This document shows positions 31,503 through 41,303 of a stretch of DNA of 64,000 nucleotides, piece after piece. The DNA comes from an uncultured Planctomycetaceae bacterium (GTDB taxonomy: Bacteria; Planctomycetota; Planctomycetia; Isosphaerales; Isosphaeraceae), in NCBI GenBank assembly GCA_963833985.1, contig CAWIAD010000002.1, positions 3,872,001 through 3,936,000 of the forward strand, written 5' to 3'. The notes below the pieces were generated by a model that did no database searches, was not told the origin of the DNA, and saw nothing but the letters and a program-made list of their open reading frames with translations. The translations under genes and the position numbers were made by a program. Each line of letters starts with the position of its first letter. Position 1 is the stretch's first letter.

Positions 31503-31841
31503 ATGGACGATGATCTCTCGGCTTTCAGCTGTCAGAATGAAAGTTGCCCGGATTTCGGAAAGCAAGGCAAGCACAACTTGAAGGTGGATAGCCGTTACGG
31601 GCACCGTGGCACGTTTCGAATGTTACTCTGTCGTACGTGCAAGCAACGATTCTCTGAACGAAAAGGAACGGCGCTTTTCGGATCCCAGTTATCGACAGAG
31701 ACCATCCGTGTCATCATGCAATGCTTGGATGACGGCAAGAGCGTCCGCGAAGTCGCCCGCATCGCAGGAGTCAACCGGAACACCGTTGTCCGGTACAGCC
31801 GCTTGAGAGCCCAGCTTCGGGATGAAGAAAAGCCAGAGTGA
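31503..31841 (+). CDS. IS1-family InsA-like Zn-ribbon + HTH protein (no catalytic DDE part)
   Basis: CQNESC...CRTCKQRFSERKGT...GKSVREVARIAGVNRNTV; lower GC than flanks. Confidence 0.65.
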   Translation: MDDDLSAFSCQNESCPDFGKQGKHNLKVDSRYGHRGTFRMLLCRTCKQRFSERKGTALFGSQLSTETIRVIMQCLDDGKSVREVARIAGVNRNTVVRYSRLRAQLRDEEKPE

Positions 31842-31984
31842 GGCCGATCCACTCGCGGTGAGGTCGCCACCAAGTCTTGCCAGGACGGTGCCGGTGCGAC
31901 CTCCACCACGGTTCTGGCCGGAGCCATGTCGGGCTAACGGCTGGGGAGCATCGGCACGGGAGCCAGGGCCGGTTCAAAGAGCGT

Positions 31985-32869
31985 TCACAGCCACACTTTC
32001 AGCCGGTTCCGCAGGGTATCGGGTAGTCGCCTCTCGATGATTCGCTGGATCTGCTCGGGATGCAGCCGCGTGCTGAAGTGAGAGGCAATGATGATTTCGT
32101 TCTCAAACCGTTCCGCGCGGGCCAGCAGATCATCCAGGTGGGTGTGGCCGAACTTGTGGATCAGCGCCGGTCGTTCATTCGGAGCCACGAACGTGAGCTC
32201 CATGATCAGAATCTGCGCCTGGTAGACCTCAGGAAACGCATCCAGGCCCTGGGGTGCGGTATCGCCCATATAGGCCACCCTCGGCAGTCGGATCTCGGTC
32301 GAGACCTCGACTCCCGAGAGCCGCAGGTCGCGGATCTGTTCCCCGCTGAGCGCGTGATACTCGGGCTTGAGCTTCTTGCGGCGTTCCCAGACAAGATAGC
32401 CCAGAGACGGAATGGTGTGCCGGGTGGCGAACGCCTTCACCACCAGCTCACGTGAGAGTTGCACCTCTTCGCCGGGACTCAGGCCCACCAGCCGTGCGGG
32501 CATTCCGCCGCGATCGAGCCTCTGCACGGCCCGGAGCAGCAGGTTGACGCCCTCCACCGCCTCGGCCGGCATGTACACCGTCGGAGGCTCCATCTTCATC
32601 ATCCGGCGCCTGGCGATGAGGACGGGCAGGGCGGCGATGTGGTCCAGGTGCGAATGGCTCACAAACCAGCTTGGCGTGGTCATGAACGACCAGGGCTGCG
32701 CGCCCAGATCGAAACCCAGCTTGAGCTCGGGAACCCGCCAGTAAGTTTGCACAGCCGCCCGCGAGTAGCCTTCCACCGTGAGCCCGTTGTGATGCAGGCT
32801 GCGCACCGGTGCGTTGTCCACCGGGTGGTCCAGCGACTCCACGGACGATTCGATTTCCGTCGACAACAC
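31985..32869 (-). CDS. MBL-fold hydrolase, short tRNase Z-like
   Basis: EGYSRAA, SHSHLDH, GDT, MELTF, GHTHL, SHFSTR. Confidence 0.8.
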   Translation of the reverse strand: MLSTEIESSVESLDHPVDNAPVRSLHHNGLTVEGYSRAAVQTYWRVPELKLGFDLGAQPWSFMTTPSWFVSHSHLDHIAALPVLIARRRMMKMEPPTVYMPAEAVEGVNLLLRAVQRLDRGGMPARLVGLSPGEEVQLSRELVVKAFATRHTIPSLGYLVWERRKKLKPEYHALSGEQIRDLRLSGVEVSTEIRLPRVAYMGDTAPQGLDAFPEVYQAQILIMELTFVAPNERPALIHKFGHTHLDDLLARAERFENEIIIASHFSTRLHPEQIQRIIERRLPDTLRNRLKVWL

Positions 32870-32973
32870 GAGGCTCCTGCACTGGGAGAGAATGCGATCC
32901 TGGGCCGGACTCCATCAAGTATAATGCAGGTCCTGTGGCGGGCGATACTCGGCTCGAGCTGGGGAGAGGTCTT

Positions 32974-34085
32974 GTGCAGCTTCGTGCCATGGTCTTCGGT
33001 CCTGCTTATCTGGATCGAGTGCTCCGCGTCGACCGGCCTCTGACGGAGCGAACCCGCGGTCCGGCCATCGATCAGAGCGTGCAGGGCGATGCCGGGTTCA
33101 CGCGCGGAGAGACCCTCGCGCTCCTTGATGAGCGGGGGTTTCACCTCGAGATCGAACCTCCACCCGGCTGGCAAGGGCCAACGGGGAGAATCAAGATCCG
33201 GGGCCTTTCCGGCTCAACCGCGCACGAACGAAGAGCCGTCCGCGGCCTGAGCTGGAGCGACGACCTGGGCGGGATGGGAGCCGGATTTGCGCTGGCTCTG
33301 AACGGAACGCTGATCTCCGCGCTGGGGCCGCAGGAGGATCCGATCAGCCGGAAGATCGTCGCGCTGCTGGAGCAAAACGGAATCAGCCACCACGCGGTCC
33401 GCGTCCCCGACGCGCTGCGCCGACTGGACGCTGCTGGTGACCAGCGGTGAGCATGGTGACAAGCTACCGGTCGGCTTTCGCGGCTGTCACGCGGCGCTGG
33501 AGGCGCAGGCCTTCGATTGCTGGCTGCCGATGCCCTGCGATCTGCGCGTGGTGGCCGGGCTGCCGAACCGTCTCGCAGCGCGCATTCTCGCGGCCCCCGG
33601 CGCGGGCTGCCGTCTCTTCGCTCCGGCGCTGCGGAACATGATCGATCACGAGGTTCGCGTCTCCAGCTTCGCCGGCTCCATCGACGTGCTCTGCTGCAAC
33701 CGAGGCGAGTGGGAAACGCTCGATGACCGCGAGGAGGTGGCCTGGCGAGTCTCGATCCTGGTGGTCACCCATGGACCGTCGGGGAGCCGGGCGCGATTCA
33801 CGACACGCGAGGGCGAGCCCGGCGACGTCTGGGTGCCCGCGTTTCCCCGCGACAGGCCCCCGCTCGATACCAACCGGGCGGGTGAGTCGTTCGCGGCGAC
33901 GTTCATCGCCACGCTGCGATCCCGGGGCTGGCAGACGGCATCCGCCGTCGCGGACCCAGAGCCTCATTCGTTCGGCCATGCTCCGGGCCTCCGCTGCGGC
34001 CGCCTTGACTCTCGATCTACCCGGCTTCGGCTTCCCCACCCCCGAACAGGTTGATGCGGTGCTCGAGGCCGGACGGGTTACGTGA
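32974..34085 (+). CDS. PfkB/ribokinase-family protein (frameshifts near 33415 and 33960)
   Basis: FGPAYLD, GGMGAG, CNRGEW, VTHGPSG, DTNRAGESF. Confidence 0.75.
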
Positions 34086-34092
34086 GGATCCG

Positions 34093-34138
34093 ATCGCGCC
34101 AGCGGCCCGTTCGCGCGCCATCGCGCCAGCGGCCCGTT
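34093..34138. repeat. 19-bp direct repeat x2 (period 27)
   Basis: ATCGCGCCAGCGGCCCGTT at 34093 and 34120. Confidence 0.85.
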
Positions 34139-34268
34139 TGTTCCCGTCCCGCTCCTTCCCACGAAGAACCGTTCAAGCCGGCATAAACGTCAAGCCGATA
34201 ACTTTCTGTCTGACCGCTGGTCGGCAGGACGAGGATCGTGCCCCAGGAACTGGTGGGAGGTTCAAATC

Positions 34269-34775
34269 ATGAAGCGCGACCGTTCCCTCCGTTTCGATGA
34301 CCTGGAAGATCGGCGGTTGCTCTCGCATGTGCATGCCGCTCATGCCCTGTCCCGTGCCGCACGGCCGGCCGCCACGACGATCAGTCTGACCGGTACGCTC
34401 TCGGTGGACCAGAAGCCGACTGCCAGCACCACGATCTCCAATCCCGATGGCTCCACGACCACATACGTCGCGGTCACCGGGAATCTCGGAGGAATGGGCC
34501 AGGTGCACGGTATCTGGACCGAGAACACCGACTCGTTCGGTTACTATCAGGGCCCCGATACGCTGAACCTGCGGTCTGCCAGCGGATCGATCGTGCTCGA
34601 GTTCAACAACCAGAACACGACCAGCCCGAGGGGACGCGGTCCCGCGGTCTACCAGCATCGCGAGATCCTCTCCACCGGCACGGGAGCCTATGCGCACACC
34701 AGGGAGAGCGGGACCATCACGGTGACCACGAATGCCTCCAGAAACTCGGTGCTCACACTGACCATCCACTCTTGA
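34269..34775 (+). CDS. Small planctomycete extracellular (LExRxLL) beta-rich protein
   Basis: GGGAGG RBS; MKRDRSLRFDDLEDRRLLS; allene-oxide-cyclase-like GTGAY motif near the end. Confidence 0.75.
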   Translation: MKRDRSLRFDDLEDRRLLSHVHAAHALSRAARPAATTISLTGTLSVDQKPTASTTISNPDGSTTTYVAVTGNLGGMGQVHGIWTENTDSFGYYQGPDTLNLRSASGSIVLEFNNQNTTSPRGRGPAVYQHREILSTGTGAYAHTRESGTITVTTNASRNSVLTLTIHS

Positions 34776-35155
34776 TCCGACCCGCCACGATTCCACCCGC
34801 GCGGAGATCACATCTTCGCCGGCAGCGCATGATGCCGCCGCTCACAGACCCTGGCTGGCGGCAATTCATCAGGACGTTCTCACCGGATCATCTTTCCGGT
34901 ACGGCTTGCTTCGCTTCGTGCCGGAGTGGGCCGTTCGACCTGAGACACGTGACGACCGCTTCTGCCGGCCTGCTCGCTACGTCCCCGAGAGTGGAGAGTC
35001 TGTGCCCGCACGGAAGGATGCGAAAGCTGGGCTGACTAATGCGCCGGCTTTCCATCGAATTGCTAGAAAAGTCACAAAATCATGGGGGGGTTGACCTTGA
35101 TCGATTCTCCGCAAGCGGCTTAGGATGAGCCGCCAACGCGACGGGGCGAGACTCG

Positions 35156-37264
35156 ATGCCTGCAACCGGAACCTGTCCTGTCGCGGCCACGGACCGAGGC
35201 CTGAACGAAATTCCATTCGTCGGAGGGTTGAGAACGCATGATCGCCAGCAGGGAGGGGGCGCTGGACAGAGGGCCGCGGATCATCTCGTGCATCGCCTGA
35301 CTTCACGCTGGAACCCTTCACCGGACGACCCTGTCGACGCGGCGCAGCAGCGTACCCGCAACTGGCTGCTGGAGCAGCAGAACGACGACGGCCACTGGGT
35401 TGGCGAGCTCGAGGGAGACACGATCCTCGAATCGGAATACGTGCTGCTGCTGGCGTTCCTGGGCAAGGAGTGCGAGCCTGTTTGCCGCGCGTGCGCCCGC
35501 TATATCCTGGATGCGCAACTGGAGAATGGCGGCTGGTCCATCTACCCGGGCGGGCCGGCGGAAGTGAGCGCTTCGGTCAAGGCCTACTTCGCGCTGAAGC
35601 TGGTCGGATACCCGCATGACGACCCGGCCTTGGTGCGCGCCCGCGAGACGATCCTCGAGCTCGGGGGCGCTCACGCCTGCAACAGTTTCACGCGCTTTTA
35701 CCTGGCGCTACTGGGTCAGATCGGTTATGACCAGTGCCCGAGCGTACCCCCGGAGCTGGTGCTCATCCCGTCCCGCTGGGGCTTCAGTCTCAGCGCCATG
35801 TCGGCCTGGACTCGCACCATCGTGGTACCGCTCTCCATCATGTCGCACTTCAAGCCGGTGCGCCGCATCGAGCCGGAGCGAGGCATCGGAGAGCTGTTCC
35901 TCGCGGGTGCGCCGGTCTCTCGCAGGCACACGGAGGGCTGGTTCTCCTGGTCGCGCTTCTTTCTGGGCGTGGACTCGCTTCTGAAATGGTCTGACCGGTG
36001 GGTTCCAGCGTCATGGCGCAGGCCGGGCCTTCGTGCCGCGCATCGCTGGATGCTCGACCACTGTGAGAACTCCGACGGTCTGGGCGCCATTTTCCCGCCC
36101 ATGATTTACACGGTCGTCGCGCTCTATTGCCTGGGATACCACGCCGATTCGCCCGAAATGACGTGGGCCTGGCGGCAGCTCGACGACCTGCGAATCGACG
36201 AGCAAGAGCGCACCCGGCTGGAGCCGTGCCTCTCACCGGTCTGGGACACAGCCATCGCCACGATCGCCCTGTCCGATTGCCGCCAGCCGGACGACGAGGC
36301 CGCCATCGGCCGCGCCGTCGCCTGGCTGCTCGACAAGGAAATACGCCACGCCGGTGACTGGCAGACGCGCCGGCCGGGCGTGGAACCTTCCGGCTGGCAT
36401 TTTCAGTACCGCAACGGGTTCTATCCGGACATCGACGACACCGCGATGGTGCTGATGGCGCTGCTGCGTTCGCCAGACGCGGACGACCCGGCCGCTCAGG
36501 AGGCCATCCGCCGGGGCACGAGCTGGCTGCTCGCCATGCAGAACCGCGACGGCGGATGGGCGGCGTTCGACGTCGATATCGACAACCAGGTTCTCACCAG
36601 GGTTCCCTTCGCCGACCACAACGCCATGCTCGACCCGAGCTGCGCCGATATCACCGCGCGGGTCATCGAGCTGCTGGGGACACTCGGTTACACACTTGAC
36701 CACCCCTCGGTGGCGCGGGGGCTCCAGTACCTCTGGAAGACCCAGGAGCCCCAGGGCTGCTGGTACGGGCGCTGGGGAGTGAATTACATCTACGGCACGT
36801 GGCAGGTCTTGCAGGGGCTCAAGGCCATCAGCCACCCCATGAAACACCCTGCGCTCTTGAAGGCGGCCGACTGGCTGGAGTCTGTCCAGCAGCCGTGCGG
36901 TGGCTGGGGAGAGACTTGCCGCAGCTATGACCAGCCAGAGCTCATGGGAACCGGCAGCCCGACCGCCTCTCAAACCGCCTGGGCGATCCTCGGCCTCCTC
37001 GCGGCCGGCAGAGCCTCCGGCGCGGCCGCCAGCCGCGGCATGAGCTACCTGCTCGAGACCCAATCGGCCGACGGCTCCTGGGAAGAACCCGAGTTCACGG
37101 GCACCGGTTTCCCTCGGGTCTTCTACCTCCGCTATCACCTGTATCGCGTCTATTTCCCGCTCATGGCGATTTCCCGATACCGTCAGGCACAGAGCTTGCC
37201 GCTCGGTCGATCAACCGCGGCGCTGGCGTGCCGGATTCCGGCTCAGCCCATGCCGCTGGACTGA
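35156..37264 (+). CDS. shc: Squalene-hopene cyclase
   Basis: YPDIDDTA (DXDD), QW repeats (QNDDGHW, QNRDGGW, QSADGSW), GRWGVNYIYGT, FTGTGFP. Start uncertain. Confidence 0.97.
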   Translation: MPATGTCPVAATDRGLNEIPFVGGLRTHDRQQGGGAGQRAADHLVHRLTSRWNPSPDDPVDAAQQRTRNWLLEQQNDDGHWVGELEGDTILESEYVLLLAFLGKECEPVCRACARYILDAQLENGGWSIYPGGPAEVSASVKAYFALKLVGYPHDDPALVRARETILELGGAHACNSFTRFYLALLGQIGYDQCPSVPPELVLIPSRWGFSLSAMSAWTRTIVVPLSIMSHFKPVRRIEPERGIGELFLAGAPVSRRHTEGWFSWSRFFLGVDSLLKWSDRWVPASWRRPGLRAAHRWMLDHCENSDGLGAIFPPMIYTVVALYCLGYHADSPEMTWAWRQLDDLRIDEQERTRLEPCLSPVWDTAIATIALSDCRQPDDEAAIGRAVAWLLDKEIRHAGDWQTRRPGVEPSGWHFQYRNGFYPDIDDTAMVLMALLRSPDADDPAAQEAIRRGTSWLLAMQNRDGGWAAFDVDIDNQVLTRVPFADHNAMLDPSCADITARVIELLGTLGYTLDHPSVARGLQYLWKTQEPQGCWYGRWGVNYIYGTWQVLQGLKAISHPMKHPALLKAADWLESVQQPCGGWGETCRSYDQPELMGTGSPTASQTAWAILGLLAAGRASGAAASRGMSYLLETQSADGSWEEPEFTGTGFPRVFYLRYHLYRVYFPLMAISRYRQAQSLPLGRSTAALACRIPAQPMPLD

Positions 37265-37362
37265 CCGGCCGGGACCGCACAACCCTCTCCGTGCCGCTCG
37301 TCCGCGGGCGCGACGGCTCCTCCCGAACATGGGATGTCTCTGAACTCTGGAGGTCAGGCTGC

Positions 37363-38364
37363 ATGCGATTTCCCCTGGAAATGACCACGCGGATCGCCGG
37401 CTACGTTGCCCGCAAGAAGGCAACGCGCACCGAGAAGTTCCCCATGGTCCTGATGCTGGAACCTTTGCACGCCTGCAACCTGACCTGTACGGGCTGCGGC
37501 CGCATCCGCGAGTACGAATCAACCATCAAGCAGAAGCTCACCATCCAGCAGTGCCTGGATTCCGTGGACGAGTGTGCCGCGCCCGTCGTCTCCATCTGCG
37601 GAGGCGAGCCGATGATCTATCCGGGCATCGGCGAGCTGACCGCGAAGATCCTGGAACGCAGGAAGGTGGTCTACCTTTGCACCAACGGTATGTTCATCCG
37701 TAAGAAGATCGCCGAGTTCACGCCGCAGCGCCGCTTCTTCTTCAATGTCCATCTCGACGGCCTGCGCAAGAACCATGACATCGCCGTGGAGCGCGAGGGC
37801 GTCTTCGACGCGGCCATCGACGGCATCAAGGCCGCCAAGGGGGCCGGTTTCCTGGTGTGCACGAACACCACGGTCTTCGCCGAGACCGACATGGCCGAGC
37901 TCGACGAGCTGTTCGCCTACCTGACATCGATCGGGGTCGACGGCTTCCTCATCTCGCCCGGATACAGCTACGCGGCCGTGGGATCCAAGGACATCTTCAT
38001 GACGCGGGACGACATCCGCACCAAGTTCCGGGCCGCAGAGGAGATGTTCCGCAAGTACAAGTTTTACTCCTCGCCCCTGTATCTCGAATTCCTCATGGGC
38101 AAGCGCGAGCTGGCCTGCACCGCCTGGGCCAATCCCACGCGCAACCTCAAGGGCTGGAAAGGCCCCTGCTACCTGATCACCGACACTCACCACGAGAGCT
38201 TCTCCGACCTGCTTCACAAGACGGACTGGGAGAGCTATGGGCCGGGCAACGACCCCCGGTGCGAGAACTGCATGATGCATTCGGGATTCGAAACCACGGC
38301 CGCGCTGGGGGTCAATGGCCGTCTCGGCGACACCCTGAAAATGGTGAAATGGCAGTTCATGTGA
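37363..38364 (+). CDS. hpnH: Adenosyl-hopene transferase, radical SAM
   Basis: FPMVLMLEPLHACNLTCTGCGRI, GGEP, GPCYL, CENCMMHSGFE; directly after shc. Confidence 0.92.
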   Translation: MRFPLEMTTRIAGYVARKKATRTEKFPMVLMLEPLHACNLTCTGCGRIREYESTIKQKLTIQQCLDSVDECAAPVVSICGGEPMIYPGIGELTAKILERRKVVYLCTNGMFIRKKIAEFTPQRRFFFNVHLDGLRKNHDIAVEREGVFDAAIDGIKAAKGAGFLVCTNTTVFAETDMAELDELFAYLTSIGVDGFLISPGYSYAAVGSKDIFMTRDDIRTKFRAAEEMFRKYKFYSSPLYLEFLMGKRELACTAWANPTRNLKGWKGPCYLITDTHHESFSDLLHKTDWESYGPGNDPRCENCMMHSGFETTAALGVNGRLGDTLKMVKWQFM

Positions 38365-38392
38365 GCCGCCCAGGCCCGTTCCACCACCCCGG

Positions 38393-39159
38393 ATGAGCGC
38401 CTCTGCCAATCAACCTCTGGCTCCCGCTCCCGTGCCGGCTGATGTCGGCATGGTGATGGCGATGAGCGTCGAGGCGGGTTACCTCTCGGACATCCTGACG
38501 CGTGTTCGCAGATACACTGCGAAGCGGCATCAGGTCATCGAGGGAGAGCTGGCCGGCAAGATCGTGGCCCTGGTCATCACGGGAGCCGGACGAGCTGCGG
38601 CACGGCAAGGGGCCGAACTGCTGATTGCGGGCCATCGCCCGCGGTGGATCGTCTCCGCCGGTTTCGCAGGCGCACTGGACCCCACACTTGCCCGGAACGA
38701 CCTGGTGCTTCCCCACGAGGTGACCGATCTCGAGGGTCGCTGCACAAGGACCTTTGCACCCATTCCCGATCTGCCCGCCTCGATCCGCACCCAGGCGCGT
38801 TTGATCACGGTGGATAAGGTGATCACAGGCTCTGCTCAGAAGGCAGAGTTACGAAGAATCCAGGGCGCGGACCTGGTGGACATGGAGACCTCGGCCGTTG
38901 CCGGGCTGGCCGCGGACCGCTCGCTCGGATTCATCTCGATCCGCGTGATCAGTGATGACGCCCGGTCCGAGCTGCCCGCTGAGGTGGCCGGATTGATCTC
39001 CAAGACCGGCAGTTACCGGGTGGCGCAGCGCTCCGAGCCATCTGGCAGCGGCCTTCCGCCGTGAAAGATTTCTGGAACCTGCATGCGCAGGCCCTGCAAG
39101 CCGCGGACCGTCTGGCTGCCTGCATCCGGCTCGTTCTCGACCGCCTGCCGCCGGCCTGA
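38393..39159 (+). CDS. hpnG: Hopanoid-associated nucleoside phosphorylase (frameshift near 39022)
   Basis: SAGFAGAL, VDMETSAVA, IRVISD. The tail AALRAIWQRP...LPPA* is in another frame. hpnG assigned from context. Confidence 0.75.
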
Positions 39160-39174
39160 GAGCAAGCTGGCGGC

Positions 39175-41226
39175 TCACTTCCCGGCCGATCGGAGGCTCA
39201 CCAGGTCCACCGGCTGATCAAAAGGCGCGCTCACCGGCTGGACGATGCTGAAGTCGTAGACGAGGCATCCGCAACGGCCCACGAAGAAGTTCCGGTTCTC
39301 GGCGACGTCGAGGTTGTATACCGGCTGCACGGCGTCGGGCTCGACGGACTCGACCCGGACGGTCCGGCCGACGGCTCGCACGGCGTCGCCCGTCTTCAGG
39401 TCCCTGGCCATGACCCAGCCCTGGCCCGCCTTCCAGAAGCGATGGATGCCCGTGGCGACGATCGTTTCGCCGGACAGGCGCAGCTTCAACGTTGCCGCCG
39501 GTTTGTTGTGGTGGATGGCGACAACGGGCCGGAACGACAGTGCGCCCGTGGTCGTGTTTTGCGAGAGCACGTCGTCGCCAACCTGCAAGGTCTCGATCGC
39601 CAGCGGCCCCTTGCTCGTATGGACCGGGGTGCCGACCGCGAAGCAGGCGGTGTGGACCGGGGGTTGATACTGGAACTGGAGCACCTGGGTGTAGGTCGGC
39701 CTGGCGGTGCTTTCCGGCGACTCGTACGCGTAGCCCAGCTCGTTGGTCCACCATTTCATCCAGGCTGGGCCGTCATTGCCGAAATCCTGGCCGGTCGAAG
39801 CGACCGCCAGAGGCAACACGCGGTCATTGAGCTGGCGGATCGCCGCATTCGTCATCTCGACGCTCTGCACGTCCTGCTGGAGCGTCTGGCGGGCCGCCCG
39901 CTCGAACTGGGCCTCGTCCAGCAATCGCAGCGCGATCTGTTGATCGCGCTGGATGCCGGCGAGCTGCGTATTCATGGCAAGGCCGGGCAAGCCCTGCGCC
40001 GCTGCGCCCCGCAACGCGGTGGCGTGCTGCCGGATGAGAGTCGCCAGCAGCACGGGGTTGTCTGAGACCGACTCGCCGAGCTGCTGGGCGGTCGCGGCGA
40101 GGCTCGCGGGCATCCAGCCGGCCCAGCCGGAGGCCAGCATCAGGTTGGGCACGGTGAACGGGTTGAAGGGAACGTCCGGAGTGAACAGCCGGGGAGGCAG
40201 CGTCCTGGGGTCGAATGCCTGGACCTGGTAGAGCCGCCGGAGGTTGAACCGCTCGCCCTCGACGAACAGGACGCCCTCGCTGCCGGGACCGCCCGTCGGC
40301 TGGACCTTGTACTTGAAGGGTGTGCGGATCAGGCTGAGCACGGTCGTGAGGAAATCGCGAGGATCGTGCCGCACGGCCGTCTCGATGGCCCGTCCCCGTA
40401 CCATGGGCGATGGTGCGAAGACCGCAAGGGCCGCCAGCGCCCGCGCAGCCGCGGGGGCGTCGATCTGGCCGAAAACCTGGCTCGCCAGGAGCTGGCAGTT
40501 CTCGTCGCCCTGGACGAATACCTCCCAGACGGCTGGCACGGCACGCGGGTCGCGAATCTCCGCCAGGCCCGTTTCCGCTCTTGTTCGCCTGGAGGCGGCC
40601 TTGCTGCCCAGGCCTTCGCGGTACTTTTCGAGGATCGGCTTCCAGTGCTTGGTGGCGAGTTTCTGAAGTTCGGCCTCGCTCCTGGCGGCCGCAAGTTCTT
40701 CCGGCTTCACCCACTGCTCGCCATGCTTCCTGTACCCCAGCTTCTTCCAGGCCGCGTCGCGCCGGGGGTCAAGCCGCACCACCGCACTGTAGTGGGCAAG
40801 GGCCTGGTCCTTCAGCCCCGCGTGCTCGCACCACTGCGCCAGCTTCCACTGGGCCTCGGGCCGATCGGGTGTGGCCGCTCGCCGTGTGAGGTACTCGCTA
40901 ACCCGTGCCTGGGCTTGCGGATCGTTCGAAAGCTCATTCCGCGCTTCCTCGGGCTTCTGCCATCGCCTGCCATTGAAGACCAGTCCCAGCAGCCCCCGCG
41001 CCGTGGCACTCTGGGGATTGATGAGAGTTGCCAGCATCAGGTGCTTGACGCGCTCGGCGGAGAGCCCGTGGGCCTCGCACCAGAGTGCCAGCTTGACGTG
41101 CGCGTCGGCGTCGCGCCCCACCTTCGCGCGGGCGGCCTCGTACGCGTCGAGGTCCGTTTTCGCCGTGGCCTGGTCGGCACCGGCGGCGGCAAGAACGCTG
41201 CAACTCAGCACCAGAATCGAGAACAT
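39175..41226 (-). CDS. Secreted protein with C-terminal PT-HINT/BIL-type Hint domain (copy 2)
   Basis: ATG 41226 after AAGGAG; signal peptide; LAxWC repeats; HEAT-like region; Hint A|CFAVGT (Cys at 39645)...TGIHRFW...VYNL...FFVG...VYDF. Confidence 0.85.
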   Translation of the reverse strand: MFSILVLSCSVLAAAGADQATAKTDLDAYEAARAKVGRDADAHVKLALWCEAHGLSAERVKHLMLATLINPQSATARGLLGLVFNGRRWQKPEEARNELSNDPQAQARVSEYLTRRAATPDRPEAQWKLAQWCEHAGLKDQALAHYSAVVRLDPRRDAAWKKLGYRKHGEQWVKPEELAAARSEAELQKLATKHWKPILEKYREGLGSKAASRRTRAETGLAEIRDPRAVPAVWEVFVQGDENCQLLASQVFGQIDAPAAARALAALAVFAPSPMVRGRAIETAVRHDPRDFLTTVLSLIRTPFKYKVQPTGGPGSEGVLFVEGERFNLRRLYQVQAFDPRTLPPRLFTPDVPFNPFTVPNLMLASGWAGWMPASLAATAQQLGESVSDNPVLLATLIRQHATALRGAAAQGLPGLAMNTQLAGIQRDQQIALRLLDEAQFERAARQTLQQDVQSVEMTNAAIRQLNDRVLPLAVASTGQDFGNDGPAWMKWWTNELGYAYESPESTARPTYTQVLQFQYQPPVHTACFAVGTPVHTSKGPLAIETLQVGDDVLSQNTTTGALSFRPVVAIHHNKPAATLKLRLSGETIVATGIHRFWKAGQGWVMARDLKTGDAVRAVGRTVRVESVEPDAVQPVYNLDVAENRNFFVGRCGCLVYDFSIVQPVSAPFDQPVDLVSLRSAGK

Positions 41227-41303
41227 CGGAGACTCCTTGACCTGGAAACCGTGACCCGGCCGCCGGACCGATGATGGACTGTGCGGATCGGCTTGCTGTT
41301 CGC

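Noticed and set aside
31380..31985. Complete active IS1 element
   Set aside because: No DDE transposase frame, terminal inverted repeats or target duplication detected.
34093..34138. Mini CRISPR array
   Set aside because: Only two 19-bp copies with an 8-bp gap and no cas genes.
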